64,000 nt of DNA from Octopus sinensis. Lineage: Eukaryota. Shown here piece by piece: positions 12,541-26,143 of the stretch. A model generated the notes under the pieces. That model saw only the letters and a program-made list of their open reading frames with translations. It had not been told where the DNA came from and searched no databases. The position numbers and the translations under genes are program-made. The first letter of the stretch is position 1. Each line of letters begins with the position of its first letter. The stretch lies in the NCBI RefSeq assembly GCF_006345805.1, contig NC_042999.1, positions 19,592,001-19,656,000 of the forward strand. The letters run 5' to 3'.

Positions 12541-12711
12541 GTATAGATCAGTGGTCCATTTTTTATATTTTCTTCTTCCATACTCCCTCATTATATCCAA
12601 CTGTTTTGATGTATCTTATGTGAAGAATTTTCGTTCGGTGTTCAAATTATTGTCGAATGTAATGCTTACTTTGTCGTGTCTAAGGAGAGTCGTTTTGTTA
12701 ATAGATAGATA

Positions 12712-13093
12712 GAAGCACTCTGTCGGTTACGACGACAAAGGTTCCGGTTGATCCGAATCAACGGAACAGCCTGCTCGTGAAATTAACGTGTAAGTGGCTG
12801 AGCACTCCACAGACACGTGTTCCCTTAACGTAGTTCTCGGGGATATTCAGCGTGACACAGAGAGTGACAAGGCCGGCCCTTTGAAATACAGGTACAACAG
12901 AAACAGGAAGTAAGAGTGAGAGAAAGTTGTGGTGAAAGAGTACAGCAGGGATCACCACCATCCCCTGCTGGAGCCTCGTGGAGCTTTAGGTGTTTTCGCT
13001 CAATAAACACTCACAACGCCTGGTCTGGGAATCGAAACCGCGATCCTATGACCGCGAGTCCGCAGCCCTAACCACTGGGCCATTTCGTCTCCA
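12712..13093 (-). mobile_element. Family D SINE (young)
   Basis: Reverse complement of 46872-47255; both give the same 67-aa spurious ORF. Older relatives at 6780-7058, 30540-30780 and 52110-52400. Confidence 0.9.
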
Positions 13094-13111
13094 CCGTTAT
13101 GTTAATATTAA

Positions 13112-13685
13112 TGAGAGCACTCAGAGAGCGCAAACCTCCACTAAAGCAATTAGCCAGAGATGATTTTTTTAAATGAGAATATCTGAAATAAACTCGATTA
13201 CTCTCACAAAAGAGAATACTAAAAACGAACCCTGACTGTTCTCAAAAATTTATTAAAAAAAAAAGAAAAATCAGAAAAATAATCCAGAATCTTTGTCTGG
13301 TATCTGATCGATTCCAATGGTAGTCATGGAATGTGGAGGTGGCTGTAGAAAATTTAGTAACAGTATTAAATAGCTTATCCGTATCTAATACAAGTCAAAG
13401 TTAACAAATTCACCATTCAAAATAGTTACAGCCTAAAGGGAGATAATTGAGAAAGACTTGAAAGTTAACGTAAGATCGTAATCATGTAAAGTAAAGTAAA
13501 TATAACAAATAATCCCAAATCCTTGTCTTGTACTGGATTGATCCCCAAATTTAATCAGTTTGTGCCAGTGATAAGGACAAACATCTCTGAAAGTTTCATT
13601 CGAATCCATCTCGTGGTTCTTGAGATATCTTGTCCACTTACAAACAAGCAAACAAACACAACTGAAAACAATACCGCTGCCTTTG
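13112..13685. mobile_element. Unclassified non-autonomous DNA element
   Basis: GAGCACTCAGAGAGCGCAAACCTCC start and ACAAACAAGCAAACAAAC..GAAAACAATACC end resemble a widespread invertebrate/fish repeat (recognised from memory). Confidence 0.45.
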
Positions 13686-13687
13686 CA

Positions 13688-14045
13688 ACACAGGAGAGAT
13701 GAAAGATAAACTTGCCCCTGATGAGGTGAGGGGCATTAGTTAATTAAATCTGTCCCCCAGTAATTGTCTGCCTGATTGGTGTCTTATTTTAGAGACACAG
13801 GAGAAATGAAAGGTAAACTTGCCCTTTATGAGGTGAGGGGCATTAATTAATTAAATCTATCCCCAGTAATTGTCTGCCTGATTGGTGTCTTATTTTAGAG
13901 ACACAGGAGAAATGAAAGGTAAACTTGCCCTTTATGAGGTGAGGGGCATTAATTAATTAAATCTATCCCCAGTAATTGTCTGCCTGATTGCTATCTAATT
14001 TTAGCGACACAGGAGAGATGAAAGGTAAAGCCGACCATAGTGAGG
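13688..14045. repeat. Minisatellite, ~106-bp unit x3.3
   Basis: Units start at 13688, 13795, 13901 and 14007; unit resembles reversed family C SINE core. Confidence 0.9.
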
Positions 14046-14996
14046 TTTTATTGCAAAACGTTGGGTTCCTGAATGAGGATGATAAGGCATTCGGTCTAAA
14101 GCGCTGACAGTTTTGCCAATCATTGGTTCTTTATTGAGTCATGAAAAATAAAGTCTATGAGAGAAGAGCTTGGCAACTTGCTCGAAGCAGTGTGAAATAA
14201 ATAAAGAAATAACGTGGATAGCTTCTTACAACGTGAGGAGAGAATTAATGATTTATTCATATGGTGACTACGGCTAACTTATAATAGTTTGTGGTTGTTT
14301 TCCTCAGTAGAAGAGTGATTCAACTGAATTACATAAGGAATTAATAAATCATTTATTCTCTTCTCTCATTGTAAGAAGATTTCCACAGTTCTTTCTGTTT
14401 TTCTTTTAAAGTTTGTCTATGTTGGTGGTGGTGGGGGGGGGGGGAGATAATTTTTCTCTTATAATCTATTCTAGCAACTAAAATCTTCAAAGATGGCACC
14501 ACTGCATGGTTTCAGTTCAATGACCGATGCCAAGGAAAGAATAAGAGAATGAATATACCAAAAACAGTCGAATGTGTTGCAGCTAGAATAAATTAATAAT
14601 TCAATATGTTCCACAGATTCGAATGGTTGTTTACGACTGATCTTGATATTTAAAGGTTTCATCATCCTCATCCTCATCATCATCATCATCGTCGTTGTTG
14701 TCATCATTGTTGTTGTCATCATTGTTGTTGTCATCATTTTTATCATCACCACCATCATTATAATCATCACCGTCATCATTACCACCACCACCTTCACCAC
14801 CACAATCCTCATCATCATCAATATCATCGACATCATCGTCATCATCTCCATCATCATCGTCATCATCTCCATCATCACCACCACCACGACCACTATCATT
14901 ATCATCATCATCGTCATCATCGTCATCATCACCATCATCATCACCACCACTACCATCACCACCACCACCACCACCATCATCATCATCATTATCATT

Positions 14997-15044
<48 letters not shown>

Positions 15045-15229
15045 GTTACCACCATCGTCACCATCATTGATGATGAGATTTCAGTTTCTATTTGCTGAGA
15101 CATGGATGATGAGAGATGAATTGGTCAGTGAAGGGCATCTGTGGACAATTTGACGACATATAATGATGAGGTGGAAGAGGAGGATAACAATGACAATGTC
15201 AACAATGATGACGACGATAATGATTTTTT

Positions 15230-15990
15230 TCTAAATTTGGCACAAAGCCAGCAATTGTTTTTTGTTTTTTATTTTAGAGGCGAGGAGGCATATCAATTGC
15301 ATTGATCCCCCAGTACTTGACTGGTACTTTATTTTACCAATCCTGATGGTTTGAAAGGCAAAGATGACCTTGGCAGAATTTGGACTCAGAGGGTAAGGAA
15401 CTGGAAGGAATGCTGCTAGGCAATTTTCTACCTGTCACGTTAACAATTCTGCCAACTTTCCCATCATAATAATAATAATGAGGATGATGATGATGATGAG
15501 GAGGAGGATAATGATGATGATGATGATAATAACCCTTACTGCTATAGGCACAAGGCCTGAAATTTTGGAGGAAGGGGGCCAGTCGATTAGATCGACCCTA
15601 GAACACATCTGGTACTTAATTTATTGAGCCTGAAAGGATGAAAGGCAAATTTGAACATAGCGGAATTTGAACTCAGAACTAAATACCGCTAAGCATTTTG
15701 CCTGGCATGCTAACAATGTTGCCAGCCCACCAACTTTATAATAATAATAATAATGATAATAATGATATTAATAATAATAATAAAGATAATCCTTTTGTAT
15801 TACAGGCACACAAGGCCTGAAATTTTGGGGGAAGGGGCCAGTCTATTAGATCAACACCCAGTACATAACTGGTGCTTCATTCTGAAAGGATGAAAGGCAA
15901 AGTCAAACTCGGTGGAATTTGAACTCAGAACGAAATGCCACTAAGCATTTCGCCCGGCGTGCTGATGATTCTGCCAGCTCACCAACTTTA
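15230..15990 (-). mobile_element. Three successive family C SINEs separated by (AAT)/(GAT) tracts
   Basis: Family C core repeated three times. Confidence 0.75.
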
Positions 15991-17609
15991 TAATAATAAT
16001 AATAATAATAATGATGATAATAATAATAATAATAATAATAACAATGATGATGATGATGATGATGATGATGATAATAATAATAATAGTAATAATATTAATA
16101 ATGATAATAAAAGCAGGTCACACCTTACTCACGGACTGTTAACTTTAACATGACATGCATGCATTCGATGCAATCACTTAACAAATATTAAAGTAGAGAT
16201 GTTACTTCTGTCATGACATGACGAAGAACGATGCTGATGATGATGATGTAAACATTTCGTTAATAACGAGGTCATGATTATGACTATGACACTGCTGCTG
16301 TTGCTGCTTGTGAAAATTAATATTCTTTCACTGTAACCAAATTTTGAGATTTTTTAATTCCCTAAAGTAAATGATGAGGAGGACATCACCATAGATTTTA
16401 ATCCACTGGAAAAAAAAAAAATAAAAAAAAATTGATGGTTAATTTAGTTGATATGTTGGTTGAGATGATAAATTAATGATAGCTGAGTGCACATCACTTA
16501 TATTTAGTAGTTCAATATAACATACTATCAGACTGCCTAGATGGTTAATTGACCAAGAATAAAAATTTACATACCTTAAAGCTTCCTCAAGTAATATTTT
16601 AAGTGAATGTGTGGTGACCTAATGGCTTACATATGTCAGATGATACTTTTACTGCCTTTCAGAAGGGACTGGAATCTTAATATCTTAAATGGAGAATGGT
16701 AATTTAATAGTTTATAGGAAAATGTTGACCTACCTTCTTACATTAAGAATAGCAATTAAATGTTGCTTGCGAAGAAAGATGTCGGTGAGAATTGCTGATT
16801 GCAGTCGGATGAATCTGCAAACTTGTTTCAAATCCCATCTGAAGCAGTCTAATATTGTTTATATTACAATGTCTTTGGGAGATGCTGAAATGTCACAGCT
16901 ACCATTATTTTCTGCTCTCCAAGACAGTAGATTTAATAAACACACACTGATGGATTCTCTGATTATGAAAATAAACAAGTAACTTTATATTCCAGACAGA
17001 CGTCAAATATGATATTGATTAATTGATTGTGTGTGTCTAAAGGAATGGTTACTTGATGAAGTAGTGAGTGCTCTAATGTCTTTGGAGAAAAAGAGTCTGT
17101 TAACATTTGAAAATAACTTTTATGTGCTTAAATATTGTCTATACATAGTCTCTGGTTATAATTTATAATCAGTTTTTGTGAAATAGAACACAACAATTGA
17201 TAAATACCAAACACAGACTCAAAAGACATGCTGTGCAAAATATATAATGCCAAAATACACAAACCTGAAGCTTCAAAACTTCCATGCTTCCTGAGATTCG
17301 CAAACACTACACCTGATTTTCTCCCCTCCATACACACGCAAGCATATATCTGACTCATACACTGTTCACTTCCCAGACATTTGTACATTACTGCATATGC
17401 TTTATATGCACTTTTGACAAGTTGTTGTGCACCTGAGCACTGTATACAAAAATTTCATTATTATTTTTTTTTATTGTTTTTTTTTAGACCTAGTTAGAGA
17501 GGGTATCAGTGAGGAAGTCACACACAGTAATGAAAGGAATATGGCAAACCTTGCTGATTAATTGATTGATTAAATTAACAATTAGTCAAATAATACATTA
17601 ATTAGGGGA

Positions 17610-18190
17610 CAGTTCACAAAAAAAAACAAAAGACAAAGACAGGTGGTGTATAAAACAAACTGGTGTATTAGTATAATGCTCAGGAATTGAAAAAGTCTTT
17701 TACGTTTCGAGCCTATGCTCTTCTACAGAAACGAACAGAAAAAACAAGGAGAGAAAAAAGGAGACAAAAAAGGAGATACATACATACATACATACATTAT
17801 ACATACACATACATTATACATACATACATACATACATACATACATACATACATACATACATACATACATAATACATACATACATATGTACATACATACAC
17901 ATACATTATACATACATACATACATTATACACACACACACATACACACATACATACATACACACACACACATACATATATACATACATACATACATACAT
18001 ACATACATAGGGAGAGTTTACAAAAAAGACAAAAGACGAAGACAGGTGGTGTACAAAACAAACAGATGTATTAGTATAATGCTCAGGAATAGAACAAGTC
18101 TTTTATGTTTCGAGCCTACGCTCTTCTACAGAAAGGAACACAGAAAAAAACAAGGAGAGAAGCAAGAGGAGAAAAAAAATGTGTGTAGAT
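17610..18190 (-). mobile_element. Direct-repeat pair of ~170-bp hammerhead-like elements separated by (TACA)n
   Basis: Copies 17610-17775 and 18010-18190, each with CTGTAGA-A-GAGC rtag GCTC-GAAA-CRTA. Confidence 0.65.
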
Positions 18191-18405
18191 TAATTAATTG
18201 GTTAAATGGTTAATCAATTGACAAATAAAAATAAAGAAGTGGAAAAGAACCAGTGTGTGTGCTTATTATTGGCATAATGATCCCACCCCTATGCACCAAA
18301 ATGCAACAGAATATGTTACAGTGCACGAGTTCATATTAAGAATCATGCAACCCAAATACAAGAACAAAAAAAAAGCAGAAATGAATAGTGTGTGTGTGTG
18401 TGTGC

Positions 18406-18474
<69 letters not shown>

Positions 18475-18852
18475 TGATTAGCACAATAACCCTCTTGAGA
18501 TACAACGAAGCATGTTTCAACACTTGAGTTCACATCAATGATCTTGCAAGCAAAGGAGAAAGATGAAATATTATAAATTAATTTCTTGCAAAACATGCAA
18601 ATCTTGCATATATTTAATTAATCACTACTCTTCTGATTATTCATCTAACTTAATTAGCTAATTAGCTAGGTTATATAATCACATAATCCACGTAAACATT
18701 CTTTCAGTATTCATGCACACACATGAAGCCATGTAAGCATGTACGGAGGTGCCCCAGCATGGCCACAGCCTCAGGGCGGAAACTTATGAAAAAATAAAAG
18801 AATTATGATTGTGTCTATCAGGAGAGAGAAAACTTCTGTAAAACTGAATTAT

Positions 18853-18966
18853 AGGCGCAGGAGTGGCTCTGTGGTAAGTAGCTTGCTTACCAACCACATG
18901 GTTCCTGGTTCAGTCCCACTGCGTGGCACCTTGGGCAAGTGTCTTCTACTATAGAAAGAAGCCCAT

Positions 18967-19023
<57 letters not shown>

Positions 19024-19230
19024 ATGTGTGTATGTTTGTGTGTCTGTGTTTGTCCACACCAACATCACTTGACAACTGATGCTGGTGTGTTTACGTCCCC
19101 ATAACTTAGCGGTTCGGCAAGAGAGACCGATAGAATAAGTACTAGGCTTGCAAAGAATAAGTCCTGGGGTCGATTTGCATGACTAAAAGGTGGTACTCCA
19201 GCATGGCCACAGTCAAAATGACTGAAACAA
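18853..19230 (+). mobile_element. Family A SINE (internal deletion)
   Basis: Same head and tail as 848-1234. Confidence 0.9.
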
Positions 19231-20254
19231 GTAAAAGAGTAAAAAAGAGAGTGTATTCAGTTTATACTCCTAACAATTACTATTTCATTTTTACCGCATT
19301 TGCCCTTGGAAAACATGTCCATTACAAAATCAGATTGATTTGGGGGGTTTTTTTTCCTGAAATTTTATAGGGTAGCTAATTGCATTTTCTTAAGGATACC
19401 ACTGATCAAGTTATATATTTTGTTTGCTGAGAAAGTCTATGGCATAAATATTGATCCATTACATTATGTATAAACATATGTATAATTAAATGCTGCCACA
19501 TAAATATGTATATAGGTGTATTTATCAACTTATTTGTATATTTATGTAAGCATATAGTATCAGTGATAAGATCATGTTAACGAGTCTTGGGAACATGTTA
19601 CATATCTTGAGAAATTTTCCTGTTATCGCTACAGAACATAAGGATATTGTAGGCATGACTAGCTTAAGCTTTATAGCCATAAGAGTTTTCACTTTTTGTG
19701 ATAGGGAATCTGTGTGTGAAGAACAGGAACATTTAGAAGCTAAAGCTATCATTAACAAAATGTTTCTTTATAACAGATAGAGAAATATAAATAAAGAGGA
19801 ACTTAAACCAAAAAAAAAAAAAAAAAAAATTGACAGTAACATTATGTTAATATTTTTTCATTCCTTTAAACATAGTTACACTTATTTATATTTTCCTTCT
19901 TTTCACTTTTTGCTTCTCTATTTTCCTTGCTTTTTTTTCCTTTCTTTATTTCCATCTCTCTTCTCTTCTTTATACTTTTGCTGTTAAATAATGAGAAATA
20001 TGGGAATATGGTTGTTTATCATTGTTAAAGATAATACATTTACTAAAACAAGTTCTTTTTCTACGTTTTTATTTTCTCTTTCCATTCCTGCCAACCTCTT
20101 TCCATTCTTCCTTTCAAACAGCTCTATAACTTGCATGCAGATCATGCCAAACTTATAAATATTCCCTTATTCCCCACTTCTGCTTCTTGAATTTAGGACT
20201 GAAATAATAAACCTATATACACACCCACCCACACACGTGTGTGTATGAATATAC

Positions 20255-20317
<63 letters not shown>

Positions 20318-20579
20318 TGGATAGATAGATATAAAGATATATATATATATATAGATGGATATATAGATGGATAGATAGATATAAATATATATAGAGATAT
20401 ATATATATATATATGTATGTATGTCTGTATATATATAGATATATAGATATACAGATATATATATATATCAAACTGAATAACAACTATCATATTAAGATAT
20501 CGAAAAATAAAATAAAATAAATATTTTGTTTATATATATATATATAGATATATATATATATAATATATATATACATACA

Positions 20580-20620
<41 letters not shown>

Positions 20621-20794
20621 ATATATATATGTACACTATATATACATATATATTTATCCTACATTAGTTATATATATAAACAAAATATTTATTTTATTTT
20701 ATTTTTCGATATCTTAATATGGTGGTTGTTATTCGGTTTGATTTTAAACTTATTCCCTAGCATGTTTTACTTGGTAAACACATACCACACTCAC

Positions 20795-20871
20795 CTTTCA
20801 TCTGTTTGGCTCCAAGTAAGCAGCTTCGTCGTCATAATCAAAGTGCTGGAACTCGTGTGACCTCCCGGTTG
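20795..20871 (-). CDS. Candidate 77-nt internal exon of an unidentified gene
   Basis: Minus strand TTTCTCCTAG|CAACC...GAAAG|GTGAGT; non-repetitive, CpG-retaining; two plausible frames. Confidence 0.35.
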
Positions 20872-21989
20872 CTAGGAGAAACATCCTATTTTTAATGTAT
20901 TTATTTATTTGTCTATCTCTATCTAGTCATTTATCTAGTTATCAACAGGAATCTTGAAGAATTTTGCCGATTTCTTATCAGAGAACCTTTAGATGTTGTA
21001 TCCAAATTTATTGACTGGCATGAAAATCAAATAAGTAACTATAAACACTTACTTATAATCTTCAAATATCTCAACAGAGAAAATTCTTCCATTTTTTTTC
21101 TTCTTCTTTTTATTGTTCTTTTATATCATTCATTTTATTTATTTCATTTTCATTCAAGCATTTTCCCTTTCTTGCGTTCCGTTCATCTCTTCCCTTTTGG
21201 AGCCACGTAGAGTTTCATGATACGGGGGGTTATGATCATAAAATTGATACAGTCAGCTGTTTTTCTGGAAGAACCAAAGGCTCGTACATTGATTACTCAC
21301 AAGATCAATACAATATGTGATGATCGGAAGAAAAGAAACTTTATATCCTGTTGTAAAGTTTGACTGGCTGTTATCTTCTAGTTTGGGTCAGTAAACACAC
21401 GATAAAAATCTGTTTCTTTACGCTAAGTAAAATTCCACATTTTATGTTCAGCCGTTTTTAGAAATTACTGATTAGGGGATCAAATAAATTCTTAATGCAG
21501 CCATGATGAATGATGCTTTTCATTTCATTCTCCTATGAAAGAGTTGCAATTCCTTGCAACATGACAGATAAATGAACGACTAGGTAGTTAGCATTTCAGT
21601 AACCATGGTGAGGAGAAGAATCATCATCATCATCATCATTGTCATCATCACCATCATTATCGCCATCATTATCATCATCATCATCGTCTTCCTCATCGTC
21701 GTCATCATCATCATTTAATTTCCTCTTTTCCATGCTGGCATGGGTAGGACAATATGAATAAGTTGGTAATAACGAATTACGTGTAGATTATGATTGATAT
21801 TATATATATGTGTTATATCGTAATACTACACACTGGCTGTGTGAGCTACGAAATCCTCATCGCCACTGTTATATCGCACGTTCTTATGACCTCTACTCTA
21901 CTCTGACATCTAGACTTCTCCCTCTATATCTACGTATTGAGCTAGCCTACTTCATCATCTGGAGGCGTCTACACAACAATATGACAAGG

Positions 21990-22370
21990 TGGTCAGCTGG
22001 CAGAAACGTTAGCATGCTGGTCGAAATGCTTAGTGGTATTTCGTTTGTCTTTACATTCTGAGTTCAAATTCCATTGAGGTCGATTTTGCCTTTCATCCTT
22101 TCAAGGTCAATACATTAGGTACCAGTTATGTACTGGGGTTAATCTAGTTGACTGGCCACCTCCCCATAAATTTCAGGCTTTGTGCCTCAAGTAGAAAAGA
22201 ATATGTAACTGACACAAAGATGGCGAGCTGGCAGAAACATTAGCATGCCAGGCGAAATGCTTAGTGATATTTTGTCTGCCACTACGTTCTGAGTTCAAAT
22301 TCCGCCGAGGTCGACTTTGCCTTTCATCCTTTCAGGGTTGATAAAAAAGAATAAAAGAATAAAAGAATAA
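21990..22370 (+). mobile_element. Two family C SINEs
   Basis: Heads at about 21992 and 22223. Confidence 0.8.
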
Positions 22371-22437
22371 ACCAAAACCATCTGACAAGTGGTAGCAAGA
22401 CAAACACAAAAACATGATTAAACACACATATATATAT

Positions 22438-23292
22438 CATTATCATCATCATCGTCATCATCGTCATCATCATCATCGTTTAACGTCTGTTTTCATGCTG
22501 GCATGGGTTGGATGGTTCAACTGGGATCTGGGAAGCCAGGAGGCTGCACCAGGCCCCAATCTGATCTGGTAGTGTTTCTACAGCTGGATGCCCTTCCTAA
22601 TGCCAACCACCCCAAGAGTGTAGTGGGTGCTTTTTACATGCCACCAGAACAAGGGGCCAGAGGAGCTGGCATCAACCCCACCGGATGCTGCTTTTTATGT
22701 GCTACTGGCATGGGTGCCAGTCAAAGTGGCATTGGCATAGGACATGTTCGGATGGTGCTGTTTACATGCCACTGGCACGGAAGCCTGTCAAGGTGGCATG
22801 GGCATTAGCCATGCTCGGATGGTGCTATCTACATGCTACAGGCACTGGGGTATCATCATCATCATCATCAACGTTTAATGTCCGTTTTCCATACTAGCAC
22901 GTGTTGGATGATTCGACCAGGGTCTGAGAAGCCAGGAGGCTGCACCAGGCTCCTGTCAAAGCAAATGGAAATTGTAGTTGTGATACCTGTGCCGGTGTCA
23001 CATTAAAAAATCCCGTCCACACACGGTATTGACTGGCTTCTGTGCTGATTGCACATAAAAAGCACCAACCGATTGTGGCCATTGCCAGCCTCCCCTGGCA
23101 CCTATGCCGGTGGCACATAAAAAGTACCCACTACACTCACAGAGTGGTTGGCGTTAGGAAGGGCATCCAGCTGTAGAAACACTACCAGATCAGACTGGAG
23201 CTTGTTGCAGCCTCCTGGCTTCCCAGACCCCGTTCGAACCGTCCAACCCATGCTAGCATGGAAAACGGACATTAAATGATGATGATGATGAT
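22438..23292. mobile_element. Cluster of family B copies (two minus, one plus)
   Basis: Minus 22438-22850, minus 22852-22955, plus 22965-23292. Confidence 0.8.
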
Positions 23293-23413
23293 ATATATAT
23301 ATATATATACCGGAGTAAACACATAAATGTGAAACAAGGTGGAAAAAAGAGTACTCAAATACCAGTGGTAGAGTAATATGCTTTATTTAAAGCAGCAGAA
23401 CATTCAACAAAAC

Positions 23414-23451
23414 CTGTTACTCTGAGTTTCCCGTTGCCGTTCATCGGACAG
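23414..23451 (-). ncRNA. Minimal type I hammerhead-like motif (CCGATGA variant)
   Basis: CTGT-CCGATGA-ACG gcaa CGG-GAAA-CTCAGAG-TA-ACAG. Confidence 0.6.
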
Positions 23452-23467
23452 CTTTATATATATATAT

Positions 23468-23631
23468 ACGATGGGCTTCTTAAGTTTTCATCTACCAAAT
23501 CCACTCACAAGGCTTTGGTTGGCCCGAGGCTATAGTAAAAGACGCTTGCCCTAGGAGCCAAACAGTGGGACCGAACCCAGAACCATGTGGTTGGGAAGCA
23601 AGCCTCTTATCACACAGTCACTCCTGTGCCT
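23468..23631 (-). mobile_element. Family A SINE, 5' half
   Basis: Matches the family A head in reverse. Confidence 0.8.
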
Positions 23632-24585
23632 ATATACTTAGAATATTTTATATATTTTCCTTCTTAAATGTTTCTGTCACATGAAAGTAGTCTTGTATTT
23701 ACTCTGTCAATCGCTGCAAAACTTCAAGCCACTTTTTTAAACCATCATCAATTTTCACATATTTATACAACAGACTTCATGTGCCAACTCTAAAGAATCG
23801 TATTTCGATTTCCAATTCTCAAGACTTAAGAGACAGTCATGAGAAATAGTAATTAATTTTCAATTTCAATTAGGTTTTATCACTCTTTTCTTTTGCTGCT
23901 TTTGTCTTCTTTTTTTTTCATTAATTTTTCTGTCATCAATCTATATTTGCAATAAAGGTGAATAGTCTTGGAGAATAATGTATGCGTGTAGGATAATACT
24001 AATAAACACACTAAATGTTGTTTTTAAGATGCTGGAATCGGTAAGCTTGTGCCACTTTTATCATCATCATCATCGTCATCGTTTAACGTCCGTTCTCCAT
24101 GCTAGCATGGGTTGGACGGTTCGACCGGGGTTCTGGGAAGCCAGAAGGCTGCACCAGGCTCCAGATGTTTAGGAATATGGAAAGCATATGTTAAATCATA
24201 GTGATGGTGTTGACAATGATGACGACTATGATGATGATGAAGAGGATGACGACGACAATGGCGATGATGATGTTGATGATGACAACAATGATGATAATCC
24301 TGGATGATGTTGATGATGATGATGATGATGATGACGATGATGATGATGATGATGATGATGATGACGATGATGACAATGACGATGATGATTATGATGATGA
24401 TGATGACAATGATGACTATGATGATGATGATTATGATGATGATGATGATGATGATGAGGAGGAGGAGGAGGAGGAGGAGGACAACAGTGATGATAATCCT
24501 GGAAGATGATGATGATGATGATGACGATGATGATAATGATGATGATGATGATGATGACGATGATGATGACGATGATGATGTTGAC

Positions 24586-24618
<33 letters not shown>

Positions 24619-24989
24619 GCTCTTCCTATGAATGAGAATTTTGGTGAAAGAATACAATGGCAGTTTTCTACTGCATTTTTTTCTTTTTGGTGATGACATA
24701 TTTTTCATAAGACATCACCTTGTCAGCTTGAAATAAAACAAGTTTGTCACACCTACTTTGGTAAATACAATTCAAAGAGGTGAGAAATACCACAAAGAAT
24801 TTGGCATACATGTGGAAAATTCTTTTTATTTATTGCCTCAGACTCGTCCTGTGGAAAAAAAACATGCAGTGCACACTGTAAAGCGGTTGGTGCTAGGAAG
24901 AGTATCCAGTCATAGAAACTATGCCAGAAGTGACATGGTTTTGATATCTATGGAATTGATTCCCTCTACAGACCAATGAAGTGCTCCAA

Positions 24990-26076
24990 ATTTTGGGATC
25001 AGCACTGGCACTGCAAATGCATTGTGGGATATTGTTTTTTGTAAGAGGAAAGTTCCGACTGCCTTATTTTCCTAAGTCCGGTGTAATAATCTCTGGTCAC
25101 TCTATCTTTATTCACAATGCCTTCATATGATACATTTTCGTTGATGCCTAGGTACTTGTAACATTCTTTGTGTAGAATGGGAGAGATAGAGAGACCATTG
25201 AGGCAAAGGTTTGAGGTTTGGGAGATTGACTTTCCTCACTCTATAACCAAATATGAACGTTTCTTTTGGCCAAATGCCATGCCTATATCAGCTGAAAATG
25301 TTATTAATTCCAGTTGTTTTTTAGAATTGTTAACACTTCTAGCATAAATCTTCAGGTCGTCTACAAAGAAATTATGAGTTACATTGATATTTCTAGCAGT
25401 TGAAGATCCTTGCATGTAACCCTTTGTTTTCTGCAGTAGGAACGATAATGGATTCAGTGCCAAAATGAAAAGAAGTACAGAAAGGCTATCTCCCTAGAAT
25501 ATTCCCTTTGAAATGCCTATAATATCGGAAACAATTACTTTGTTCTCAGTTGGAAGGGTGAGAACTGTTGTCCATGTCTTTGTAAGTCTTTCTATAACAG
25601 CAATTAATATAATAGGTAAATTTGCCAGATGTAGGCACTTCAACAGCCATGAATGAAGGGTTAGAGTTGAATGCCTTCTTATAGTCAAGTCATTCTGTCA
25701 CAAGATTTCTACATTGTTTTCTTACTTCAGAATGTACAGTGTTCTTTATTAAAAGTTGTTTGACACGTCTCCACACTCAACTCTTTCCACCAGCCTGTTC
25801 ATCAGTTGCAATGCTGGTCGACTCACAATGGTCCTGGAGGAATTGGTTGAGGTAACTTTTACTCTTTTTACTCTTTTACTTGTTTCAGTCATTTGACTGT
25901 GGCCATGCTGGAGCACCGCCTTTAATCGAGCAAATCGACCCCAGGACTTATTCTTTGTAAGCCTAGAACTTATTCTATCAGTCTCTTTTGCCAAACCACT
26001 AAGTTACGGGGACATAAACACACCAGCTTGGGTTGTCAAGCGATGTTGGAGGACAAACACAGACACACAAACATAT

Positions 26077-26143
<67 letters not shown>

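Noticed and set aside
12758-12961. Identical 67-aa ORF at two loci
   Set aside because: Both lie within family D SINE copies, so identity reflects recent transposition
13710-13740. CTGATGAG as a hammerhead core in the minisatellite
   Set aside because: It lies inside a TGCCCCT/AGGGGCA hairpin, has no suitable stem II-GAAA, and the other units read CTTTATGAG
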